Position numbers and translations under genes: made by a program. Source: an uncultured Janthinobacterium sp. (GTDB lineage: Bacteria > Vulcanimicrobiota > Vulcanimicrobiia > Vulcanimicrobiales > Vulcanimicrobiaceae). From it: a stretch of 26,065 nucleotides of DNA. Under the pieces are notes generated by a model. That model was not told where the DNA came from and searched no databases. It saw nothing but the letters and a program-made list of their open reading frames with translations. Positions 15,776 through 24,141 of the stretch are shown one piece after another (the first letter of the stretch is position 1; each line of letters opens with the position of its first letter). The stretch lies in NCBI GenBank assembly GCA_964658025.1, contig CAZZXB010000026.1, positions 1-26,065 of the forward strand, in the 5' to 3' direction.

Positions 15776-17299
15776 TCAGCTACGGCGACACGTCTCCGAC
15801 GTGAACGTCACCCAGGTTCCGGCGCCCGCCTCGCGCGCGAAGTCGCGGCGAAACGCGTCGGCTCCGAACGCCGTGTAGGTCATGCGCACGGTTCTCGTCG
15901 GTCCGGCGTCCGTTTCGGGACCCTCGAAGGTCCACGAGTCGCCGACCCACGGCGGCGCCGTGCCCCGATACGATCCGTGTTGGGTGACGTTGGTCCAACG
16001 ACCGGTCGCGCGATCCTTGCGATAGGTCTCCGCGATCGCGTAGTCGCGTCCCGCGATCGTCAGCACGTTCCGTAGGACGATGCTTCCGTCGTTCGCGCGC
16101 CGGTACGCGTGCGTGCTCGGCGCCCCCGCCATCGAACGGCACGCCCACGAGCCGACGAGCGCGTAGCCGCGGTCGCTCTCGCGCGGGCGGCGATGCGCGG
16201 ACCGTCGGGGCGCGGCCGACGGCGTCGGGCGGGCGAGCGCCACGACGTCGTTCGGTGTCGAGGACGATCGCGCCGCGGGCCGATGTCCGCGCGTCGCCTC
16301 CGTCGCGGTCGCGATGCCGGGTCTCAGTTCGCGGTCCGAATCGACCGGCGCTTCGAGCTCGCCCGGATCTCCGCGCGTACCCGGTGCGGCCGTGGCTCGC
16401 GCGGAGACGGGGCCGAGCGAACCGATCGCGTTCACCATCGTCCCGCGCGCGGCCGGCGTCGCTTTCGGCGTCGGCTCGGAGACGGCCGAGGACGACGAAC
16501 TCGGGCGGGGCGTCGTCGCGATCGCCGCGCGGCCGGCGCTCGGCGCGGGCGTGGCGACGCCGATGCGGACGGCCGCCGGCGGTGCCGACGGGGTCGCGGC
16601 GGCGATCCTCGCGGGCGCGGGCGTCGGTGTCGCGGCGGCGACTACCGCGCGCCCGGCCGTCGGCGTGGCGACGACCGCGCGTGCCGTGGGCGTTGCGGCG
16701 ACGGTTACGGCGCGCCCGGCCGTCGGGGTCGGGATCGGATTCGGCGTGGCCGCGTCTCGTGGCGTCGCGACGGCGGTCGCCGCCGTCACGGATTCGGACG
16801 GAGCGCGTCGGCAATAATACGCCGCGTCTTCGTGCCAGCGGCCGCGGTCGTCGGTTTGATGCGCGCGCCGAAACGTGTTCTCGTCGACGAACGTGTAGAC
16901 GATCCGGACGCCGCGCGAATCGTTCGCGGCCGATTGGGTTCCGGTCAAGGTCCAGGCATCGCCCGCGGGTTCGGGACCCGTCGCCGAGAGTCGATCGAAA
17001 AACGGGTTCGCCGGCGCCGTGAGCGACCAGCGCTTCGCGCGTGCGTCGTACCGGAAGGTCTCTTCGACGATCGCCGTCCGCCCGTCCGACGTGCGCACGC
17101 GGTTTTCGAGTGCGAGCGCGCCGTCGTCCGCGGTGCGATAGGTTTCGGTCGCGGAACTCGGCGAGAGCGCGCCCTGGCACGACCACGTGCCGACCAACCG
17201 CGTCGCGACCGGCCCATCCGACGGCGACGGAGGAGCCGCCGCGAGGGCGAGCGGTGCGACGAACGACGCGAGGGCGGCGAAGAGGGAGCGCGGGGTCAT
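15776..17299 (-). CDS. Secreted protein with two homologous beta-rich domains joined by a long Pro/Thr/Ala linker
   Basis: Signal peptide, domain 1 LVGTWSC...TFRR...YCRR, domain 2 LVGSWAC...AFRR...TCRR, and a ~215-aa low-complexity linker. Confidence 0.8.
   Translation of the reverse strand: MTPRSLFAALASFVAPLALAAAPPSPSDGPVATRLVGTWSCQGALSPSSATETYRTADDGALALENRVRTSDGRTAIVEETFRYDARAKRWSLTAPANPFFDRLSATGPEPAGDAWTLTGTQSAANDSRGVRIVYTFVDENTFRRAHQTDDRGRWHEDAAYYCRRAPSESVTAATAVATPRDAATPNPIPTPTAGRAVTVAATPTARAVVATPTAGRAVVAAATPTPAPARIAAATPSAPPAAVRIGVATPAPSAGRAAIATTPRPSSSSSAVSEPTPKATPAARGTMVNAIGSLGPVSARATAAPGTRGDPGELEAPVDSDRELRPGIATATEATRGHRPAARSSSTPNDVVALARPTPSAAPRRSAHRRPRESDRGYALVGSWACRSMAGAPSTHAYRRANDGSIVLRNVLTIAGRDYAIAETYRKDRATGRWTNVTQHGSYRGTAPPWVGDSWTFEGPETDAGPTRTVRMTYTAFGADAFRRDFAREAGAGTWVTFTSETCRRS
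16500..16790 (-). repeat. Degenerate coding tandem repeats (A/V)ATPT(AGRAV) in the linker
   Basis: Peptide repeats TPTAGRAVTVAA / TPTARAVVA / TPTAGRAVVAAA / TPTPAPARIAAA. Exact 17-nt repeat GCGCGCCCGGCCGTCGG at 16647-16663 and 16710-16726. Confidence 0.7.
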
Positions 17300-17367
17300 G
17301 GTCGTTGAACGCCGACTCTGCGCCGGCCGTCACGGCTCGCGTCCGACCGAGTGAGAAATTTTTTGCC

Positions 17368-19149
17368 ATGATCTCGATCCGTCGCGCCTGGGCGAGCGTC
17401 CTGGTCGCCGCCGTCTTCGCGAGCGGCTGCACGCATCTGGCGGGGCCGCGCGGCGTCCCCAACCCATCGCCGTCGACGACGTCCACGGCGCTCGCCGCGT
17501 CCGCCTACGTGTGTCCGACGAGCGATACGGCGGCCGCCGTTCGGTCTCGGTCCGGCGCGGCGTCGGTCCGTCGCGCGATGCCGCGCCGGTACGCGCGCGT
17601 CGAAGCGACGGCGGCGACGGATCGACTCGTCGTGACCTACGATCGGAGCGTCGCGGCCGAGCGCTTCGTCTCGAGCGCGAGCGGCGCGAGCGTGGTCCGC
17701 GATTTCGATTTCGCCGCGACCGGAACGCGCGCGCGCATCGTCGCGGTCGCGCCCGAACGCCTCCCGGCCGTCGAGTCGGCGCTCCGCGCGATGCCGGGCG
17801 TCCGGAGCGTCGAGCGCGGCGGCGGCCGCCGCTTTCCGCTCACCGTCAACGCGCGATACTATCCGCCCAACGATTACTTCGACGGATTCGTCGACACCAC
17901 GCCGGCCGGACTCACGCCGCCGCCCGCCGCGACGTATCAGACCCCGCCGTACTCGGAGAGTGCCGACGTTCCGGGACAGTGGGAGATGCATCGGATCGGG
18001 CTCGACTTCGCGTTCGATTATTCGCAAGCCGGCAACGGAAGCGCGGTCGGCACGGTTCCGGGCGCCCAGGGATCGCCGACGGAGACGATCGCGATCGTCG
18101 ATACGGGCGTCGATTCGACGCATCCGAGCCTGGCCGGCCGCATCGCGAGCGAGGCCTGCTTCATCACCGATCCGAGCGGAAAACAATCGACTTCGTCGTT
18201 CAGTCTCGATCCCGACGGCCACGGGACGGACGTCGCCGGCATCGCGGCCGCGAGCCTCGGTACCGGGCCGTTTCTCGGAGCGGGCGGTCTCGCGAAGATC
18301 CTGGCGTATCGCGTCGATCCGACGCCCGACGACGCGTGCGCGTCGTCGACGCCGAGTGCGACCCCGGGTCCCACCTGCGGTGCCGATACGGCCGACATCG
18401 CCTCCGCGATCGCCGATGCGACGAATAAGGGCGCGCGCGTGATCAGCCTCAGCCTCGGTGCGGGGCAATGCACGAACGGCAACGATCCCGACGCGGCCGA
18501 AGGCGCGGCGATCGCGAACGCGATCGCGAAGGGCGTCATCGTCGTCGCGTCGAGCGGGAACGATCCGACGGCGCCCGTCACCGCGCCCGCCTGCGACACG
18601 GGCGTGATCGCCGCGGGCGCGAGCGCGCTCGCCGACGGTCAGCCGACGGGTGCGGGAAATTCGAACGGATCCGCGGGCGGCGCCGCGACCGAATACGTCG
18701 CGTCGTACACGAGCACGGGCGGCGCGGCGTCGTTCCGCAACGCGAGCGCGTGGGGGATCGTGGCACCCGGCGGCGATCCGAGCTCGAACACCGATGCCGA
18801 CGACTTGCACTTTATCGAAAACATCTGGACGACCACGCCCGTGTCGCAGGCGTTTTACGCGCAGTACGACACGGGCGACCACACGTGCCCCGACCCGTGG
18901 GTCATGGCGTACACCCGGTACTGCAACGTGCTCATCGCGGGCACGTCGATGGCGGCGCCGCAGGTCGCGGGTGCCGCGGCGCTCGTCCTCGCGGCGACGA
19001 ACGACGCGCAGACGTATCGTTCGTCGCGCGCGATGAAGCAATTACTCTGCTCGACCGCGGACGAGATCGACGACGCGCGCGAAGGCTGCGGGCGTCTCAA
19101 CGTCTACCGCGCGATGGCGACCGCGCTCCACGACAGCCCGCTACCGTAA
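17368..19149 (+). CDS. S8 subtilisin-like serine protease, lipoprotein
   Basis: ATG 17368 and lipobox FASGC. Triad IVDTGVD / HGTDVAG / GTSMAAP, oxyanion Asn in SSGND, and a propeptide-like N-terminal region. Confidence 0.93.
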   Translation: MISIRRAWASVLVAAVFASGCTHLAGPRGVPNPSPSTTSTALAASAYVCPTSDTAAAVRSRSGAASVRRAMPRRYARVEATAATDRLVVTYDRSVAAERFVSSASGASVVRDFDFAATGTRARIVAVAPERLPAVESALRAMPGVRSVERGGGRRFPLTVNARYYPPNDYFDGFVDTTPAGLTPPPAATYQTPPYSESADVPGQWEMHRIGLDFAFDYSQAGNGSAVGTVPGAQGSPTETIAIVDTGVDSTHPSLAGRIASEACFITDPSGKQSTSSFSLDPDGHGTDVAGIAAASLGTGPFLGAGGLAKILAYRVDPTPDDACASSTPSATPGPTCGADTADIASAIADATNKGARVISLSLGAGQCTNGNDPDAAEGAAIANAIAKGVIVVASSGNDPTAPVTAPACDTGVIAAGASALADGQPTGAGNSNGSAGGAATEYVASYTSTGGAASFRNASAWGIVAPGGDPSSNTDADDLHFIENIWTTTPVSQAFYAQYDTGDHTCPDPWVMAYTRYCNVLIAGTSMAAPQVAGAAALVLAATNDAQTYRSSRAMKQLLCSTADEIDDAREGCGRLNVYRAMATALHDSPLP

Positions 19150-19168
19150 GACGTTCGCGCGTGGGCGA

Positions 19169-20866
19169 TCACGTCGCCCAACCCGGCGGCGGATTGCCGT
19201 ACGCGATCCCCGCTTCGTGAAACGCGCGCTCGACGCGCGCGTTGATCTCGCGCCGCAACGCGAACTGACGGAGCGGCGCGGTGCGGACCGAGGCGCGGAC
19301 GATCGCCGCGTCGCGCGTGAGCTCGTCGATGCCGATCCATTCGATCGGATCGAGGATATCCGCGCGCCACGCGTCGTCCTTCGCGATCGCGTCGACCGTT
19401 TCGCGGACGAGCGCGAGCGCCCGCGGGACGTCGGCCATCGGATCGACGGCGACGCGATAATCGATTCGCGACCAATCGCGCGAGCGGTTCACGACGTTCG
19501 TCACGCTTCCGTGCGGTAAGGTGACGACGTCGCCCGAGGCGTTGCGGATCTGAACCATGCGGAGCGTCAATTTCTCGACGAGCCCGGCGTTCCCGGAGAT
19601 CGAGACGAAATCTCCGACGACGTAGTGGTCTTCGAACAACACGAGAAAACCGTTGACGAAATCGCGGACGAAACTCTGCGCGGCGAGCGAGAGCGCGATC
19701 GCGGCGAGGCCGCCGATCGTCACGACGGACCCCGTCGGCACGCCGACCTCGCTCAAGATCGCGAGGATCGCGACGAACACGAGCACGAACGTTTTGAACC
19801 CGCCGATCGCCGCCGCGATCGTGGGCACGCGCAGCGCCCGTCGCGCGCGGTCTTCGGCGTTGCCGAGCAAGTGCTCGCCCCACGCCGACGCGATCCGCGC
19901 GATCGCGATGTCGAGCGCGCGGTTGACGAGTCCCGCGGCGACGATCGTACACGCGACGACGAGCGTGTCGTCGACGATGATGCGGCTGATCGGCGTCGTC
20001 TGCGGAAAGAGCGAGAACGCCCACGTCGCGGTAACGCCCCACGCGAGCACGACCGCCCAGAGCACGGTCTCCTCGATCGCCCGGTAGAGTCGCAAGCGCT
20101 GCGCGGGAGCGGCCGAGAGCAGCGCCACCGCGAGAAAGCGGCGCCGACGCGTCCCCTCCTCGTGCGGTTCCTCCGCCTGCGCCGTGCGTTCGGTCTCGAC
20201 GGCGCGTTCGCGCGACGCCACCTCGCGCGAGAGTCGCGTCGCGCGGCGACGGATCGCGACGCGAATCGCGAGCAGTACGAGCGTCGCGCCGAAGACGATC
20301 GCGGCGACGCGCCCCACGCGGAAGAGACTCTTGCGTTGGGCGGCGGGCTGTCGGATCGCGAGCGCGCGCACGAGCGCGCTCTGGAGCCCCTCCTGCCACT
20401 GTTTCGCGAGCACCGGGACGCTCGCTTGCGCGTACTTCGCATCGGTCGTCGTGATCGTCACGATCGGTAGCGGATCCGCGTGCTTCGCGTCGACCGCTTC
20501 GAGCGATTCGGAGGCCCCGTCGCGATCGACGTGCACGCGCAGCGTCGCCGGATCGTACGTCGTCTTCGCGTCGGAATCGCTCCCCGTCGTTTCGAGGAGT
20601 TGATCGATCGTCGTTTGGATGTCGTTCGCGCGCTGCGCGAGCGGAAGATGCGAGGCCGGCGCGTTCGCGAAATCGGCGATCTTGAAGACCGTCGCGCCGT
20701 CGACGAGGATCGGCACGTATTGATACGCGCCGTCGTACCGCACGCTCGACGGGGGCGCGCTCGCACCCGACGGAACCGCGAGTTGCGCGACGAGCGGACG
20801 CGCGCTCGCGCCGGTGCCGAGCGAGGCGAACGCCGCGAGGGCGATGAGAAGACGTACGGCGTGCAT
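19169..20866 (-). CDS. MscS-family mechanosensitive channel with extended N-terminal extracytoplasmic domain
   Basis: TM3-like GGLAAIALSLAAQSFVRDFVNGFLVLFEDHYVVGDFV, GLVEKLTLRMVQIR and VVNRSRDW. Signal peptide at the N-terminus. Confidence 0.92.
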   Translation of the reverse strand: MHAVRLLIALAAFASLGTGASARPLVAQLAVPSGASAPPSSVRYDGAYQYVPILVDGATVFKIADFANAPASHLPLAQRANDIQTTIDQLLETTGSDSDAKTTYDPATLRVHVDRDGASESLEAVDAKHADPLPIVTITTTDAKYAQASVPVLAKQWQEGLQSALVRALAIRQPAAQRKSLFRVGRVAAIVFGATLVLLAIRVAIRRRATRLSREVASRERAVETERTAQAEEPHEEGTRRRRFLAVALLSAAPAQRLRLYRAIEETVLWAVVLAWGVTATWAFSLFPQTTPISRIIVDDTLVVACTIVAAGLVNRALDIAIARIASAWGEHLLGNAEDRARRALRVPTIAAAIGGFKTFVLVFVAILAILSEVGVPTGSVVTIGGLAAIALSLAAQSFVRDFVNGFLVLFEDHYVVGDFVSISGNAGLVEKLTLRMVQIRNASGDVVTLPHGSVTNVVNRSRDWSRIDYRVAVDPMADVPRALALVRETVDAIAKDDAWRADILDPIEWIGIDELTRDAAIVRASVRTAPLRQFALRREINARVERAFHEAGIAYGNPPPGWAT

Positions 20867-20909
20867 GGTCGCCGAGCGCGTTACGCGCGGCGGAACGCGA
20901 ATCCCGGTT

Positions 20910-21308
20910 TTACCGGGTGCCGACCCCGATCGCGCGCTCGAAGCGCACGACGTCGCTCGCGAGCTCGCGGTGCTCGACGTGACGGTACGTCGTCGCGAGC
21001 GTCGCGCTGATCTGCGCGATGTGTTCCTCGGCGAACGGGACGTCCACGTACGCGAGCGTCGCCACGCCGCCGAGCGTCTCGATCGCGATGGCGAGTAACG
21101 CGCGTTTCACGAGCGTCTGCCGCGCGAAGAAGAGCACCGCGACCGCGCCGATCGACGCGGCGATCCGCAGCCACGCGAGGGGATTGCCGGCGAACGCCTC
21201 GGACGTGCGGACGGCGATCATCGAGAGCGATGCGATCGCGAGAAACGCCGCCGGCACGAACGTCGCCGGACGTCGCGCCGTCGCGAGCGCAGGGGTCGGT
21301 CCGTGCAT
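20910..21308 (-). CDS. Hypothetical membrane protein (about 3 TM segments)
   Basis: Three hydrophobic stretches. The start is ATG 21308 or GTG 21317. Confidence 0.62.
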   Translation of the reverse strand: MHGPTPALATARRPATFVPAAFLAIASLSMIAVRTSEAFAGNPLAWLRIAASIGAVAVLFFARQTLVKRALLAIAIETLGGVATLAYVDVPFAEEHIAQISATLATTYRHVEHRELASDVVRFERAIGVGTR

Positions 21309-21483
21309 AACCCTCACCGCACGATGATGCGCGCGCGGACGATCGTCCGATAGGGTCCAACGAACCTAAAAAAGCACGCGATACCGGTGTTTCCCCCGGA
21401 ATTTCGATGAGTCCGCGTGAACGTTTCGTGCCGAATCGTCGTTATCCGAAACGTCATCCATACTTCTGGAGGGGAGACTACCG

Positions 21484-22104
21484 ATGAAGCTTCTTACGAT
21501 CCGCGGGATCCGGTCGAACGTCGCGACGGCGGCGCTCGCGGTCGTCGCCGCATGCGTCGCCGCCGGATTCGCACCGGCTTCGGCCGCGCTTTCGATACCT
21601 GCGGGACAGACGATTCACACGGAGTTGTCCTCGCAAGACATCAACACGAAAAACGCCAAGGTCGGCGACCAATTCACGTCGGTCGTCGTCGCGCCGTATC
21701 CCGGCGGTCATTCCTCGCTCGCGGGCGCGACGGTGTTCGGGCACGTCTCGGAAGTCCGCGCGGCGGGACAGGGTCGCAAGGCGCTGCTCAAGCTCGCCTT
21801 CGACAGCATCCGCCTGCGGGACGGAGAGAGTTCGGCGATCTCCGGAACGGTCACGCAACTCCAATCGAAGTCCGAGAACACCGTCGCGCGTAAGGCGCTC
21901 GGCGCGGGCGTCGGCATGGCCGTCGGAAGCCAGACGATCGGTCGCATCCTCGGCGGCACGCTCGGCGGCGTCGTCGGCACGCTCGGCGGTGCCGCGGCGG
22001 GCTACGCCTACGCGAACAACGACAAGGCGAATTTCAACGTCGCGAAGGGCGCCGCGGTGACGATCCAAACGACGTCGCACGCGTACATCCGCCGCCAGGC
22101 ATAG
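21484..22104 (+). CDS. Secreted/envelope protein with glycine-zipper segment
   Basis: GGAGG SD, signal peptide, TrbI-like beta region (KVGDQFT...GATVFGHV...LKLAFDSI) and glycine zipper GAGVGMAVG...GGTLGGVVGTLGGAAAG. Confidence 0.82.
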   Translation: MKLLTIRGIRSNVATAALAVVAACVAAGFAPASAALSIPAGQTIHTELSSQDINTKNAKVGDQFTSVVVAPYPGGHSSLAGATVFGHVSEVRAAGQGRKALLKLAFDSIRLRDGESSAISGTVTQLQSKSENTVARKALGAGVGMAVGSQTIGRILGGTLGGVVGTLGGAAAGYAYANNDKANFNVAKGAAVTIQTTSHAYIRRQA

Positions 22105-22126
22105 TCGACGCGTCGCTCGCGCGAGC

Positions 22127-22158
22127 GAGGAGGCCGCGGGTCGCACCGCGGTCTCTTC
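22127..22158 (+). terminator. Probable intrinsic terminator after the glycine-zipper gene
   Basis: GAGGAGGCCGCGG-N6-CCGCGGTCTCTTC is a 13-bp stem with two G-U pairs, 22 nt after the stop codon, between convergent genes. Confidence 0.6.
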
Positions 22159-22244
22159 GTACGCGTGCGACCTACGAGTGCGACGGTCGCGAACGTCGTG
22201 TCGGCGACGTCGGACCGGAATTCGGGCCCCCGGGCGGGTCGCGA

Positions 22245-23429
22245 TCACAGACGCAAGCGCGCGAGGATCGGCCCGATCGCGAGGCCCTGAACGACGAGCG
22301 TCGCGGTGACGGTGCCGAGCACGATGTCGATGATCTCGGCGCGGAACGGCGTCTGCTGCGGGAGCGCGAGCGCGAGGGCGAGCGAGAGCGCGCCGCGCAT
22401 CCCCGCGAGGACGATCGCGTGCTGCCACGAGCGTCGCTCGCTTCCCATCCGTAAGAGCGGCATGCCGAGATAGGCGATCGCGACGCGCGAGAGCACGACC
22501 GCCGCGAGCGTCGCCGCGAACGTGATCGGTTCGTTGAGCGTCCGATGCAGTTCGATCCGTAGGCCGAGCAACAAGAACACGAGCGCGTTCGCGACGAACG
22601 CGAGAACGCCCCAAAACCGATCGATATCGATCTGGGCCTGATCGTCGGAGGGGAAGCGGTGGAACGCGCGTAGCGCCATCCCCGTGACGAGCGCCGCGAA
22701 GATCCCCGAGAAATGGAAATGATCGGCCGCGAGGTACGCGCCGTACGCGCCGACGACGGTCGCGACGATTTCGAGCATGCGATCCTTCACGCCGCGGAGG
22801 GCGAGGACGATGAGCGAGGCGATCGCGAACCCCATCGCCGCGCCGCCGAAGCTCGTCTTGATCGCGTTCGCAGCGATTCCGAGCAGGTCTTCGTGCGAGA
22901 CGGGCGCGGTCGCCGCGATCGCGAGCACGCCGTAGAGGCTCGCGGCGACGCCGTCGTTGAACAGCGATTCGGCCTCGACGATCACGGCGAGCTCGCTCGG
23001 AATCTCGAGCGCGCGAAACGTCGCGACGACGGCGATCGGATCGGTCGCCGAAAGGATCGCGCCGAGCAAGAGCGCCTCGACGATCGGAAGTTTACCGATG
23101 AACGAAGCGGCGGCCGCGATCGCGAGCGTCGTGATGAGCACGCCCGGGATCGCGAGGAAGAGCGTCGGTCGCCAGACGCGTCGCAGCACGGCGAGATCGA
23201 GTTGCCACGCCGCTTCGAAAACGAGCGCCGGTAGAAAGACGAAGAAGAGCGCGGGCGTGAACGCGGTCGCGGCGACGTGCGATTGCAACGGCAACGAGAC
23301 GAGTAAGAGCGCCACGACGTAGGGGACGCGCAAACGTTCCGCCGCGATGCCCACGACGACGGCCGCGGCCAAGAGCACGACGACGAATCCGACGGAACCG
23401 GGCACGGCATTCGAAACGTCGGGCGACAC
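22245..23429 (-). CDS. Na+/H+ antiporter, CPA1 (NhaP/NhaG-like)
   Basis: Probable GTG start at 23429 after AGGA. Motifs FLPALVFEAA, GAILSATDPIAV, ESLFNDG, SGIFA and GMRGALSLALALALP. Confidence 0.92.
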   Translation of the reverse strand: MSPDVSNAVPGSVGFVVVLLAAAVVVGIAAERLRVPYVVALLLVSLPLQSHVAATAFTPALFFVFLPALVFEAAWQLDLAVLRRVWRPTLFLAIPGVLITTLAIAAAASFIGKLPIVEALLLGAILSATDPIAVVATFRALEIPSELAVIVEAESLFNDGVAASLYGVLAIAATAPVSHEDLLGIAANAIKTSFGGAAMGFAIASLIVLALRGVKDRMLEIVATVVGAYGAYLAADHFHFSGIFAALVTGMALRAFHRFPSDDQAQIDIDRFWGVLAFVANALVFLLLGLRIELHRTLNEPITFAATLAAVVLSRVAIAYLGMPLLRMGSERRSWQHAIVLAGMRGALSLALALALPQQTPFRAEIIDIVLGTVTATLVVQGLAIGPILARLRL

Positions 23430-23503
23430 GCGTCCTAAGATACCGAACCGCGATCGATTCGCCCTCGCGACCGCGACCGACGTCGCGAGCCGCGACGCGC
23501 TCC

Positions 23504-23944
23504 TTACGCGGCGGCGTATCGCAAGACGACCATCGACGTGAGGAGGAGCAGAAAGAGGCCGAGCTCGACCATCGTCGAGCGGATGACGCGTCCGAGAACG
23601 GCCGGACGCTCGGCCTCCGATGCGTCGCGGAGCCTGCGCACGTCGGGAGCCGAAACGAACGTTCCGTATGCGAGCAGCACGAGCGCGAGCGCGAGCCCGA
23701 CGATCGCCGCGGTACCCCAAGCGTGCTCGAGACTCGTCACGCCGACGCCCGCGATGATCGCGACGATTCCGGCCCCGTAGAAATACGGAACCGCACGCGC
23801 CGCGAACTGCGTGGCGAAATCGCCCTGCGTCGACGGGCGCGACGCTCCGATCGCGGGCCCGACGACGAGCCCCGCGAGAAACGCGCCGCCGATCCAGAGC
23901 GCGCCCGCGAGGACGTGGATCCAATCGAGAACGTAGACGAGCAT
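23504..23944 (-). CDS. Four-TM membrane protein, CopD-like N-terminal motif
   Basis: WIHVLAGALWIGG motif, four hydrophobic helices and a GGAG-containing SD region upstream. Confidence 0.75.
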   Translation of the reverse strand: MLVYVLDWIHVLAGALWIGGAFLAGLVVGPAIGASRPSTQGDFATQFAARAVPYFYGAGIVAIIAGVGVTSLEHAWGTAAIVGLALALVLLAYGTFVSAPDVRRLRDASEAERPAVLGRVIRSTMVELGLFLLLLTSMVVLRYAAA

Positions 23945-24141
23945 CTCCGTCCCGCCCCTATCGCTCGTGCACCGCGACGCCGACGTCGCGGCTCGCGACG
24001 TGCGCGGATCGGCCGAGCGCGGCGGCGGAGGGGGCGGCGGGCATCGATTTCGTTTCCATCCGCGAAGTATGCGCGAGCGCCGTCCCCGAAGCGTCCCCGC
24101 GCCGAACGGAACCCGCGCGAGCGCGGCCTAACTCTCCGACG

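Noticed and set aside
17041..17367. N-terminal extension of the S8 ORF, and other long Arg/Ala-rich alternative ORFs across the window
   Set aside because: Stop-poor shadow frames typical of high-GC DNA, overlapping well-supported genes. The lipoprotein signal starts at 17368.
21404..21458. GATGAGTCC...CGAAAC resembling a hammerhead ribozyme core
   Set aside because: It reads CGATGA rather than CTGATGA, and stem II does not close next to GAAA.
22113..22128. Perfect 16-bp palindrome TCGCTCGCGCGAGCGA
   Set aside because: Built from CG dinucleotides that saturate this DNA; no second copy seen, so likely compositional.
23430..23924. N-terminal extension of the antiporter ORF (559 aa), implying a fusion
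   Set aside because: Arg-rich off-frame reading that overlaps the 23504-23944 membrane-protein gene.
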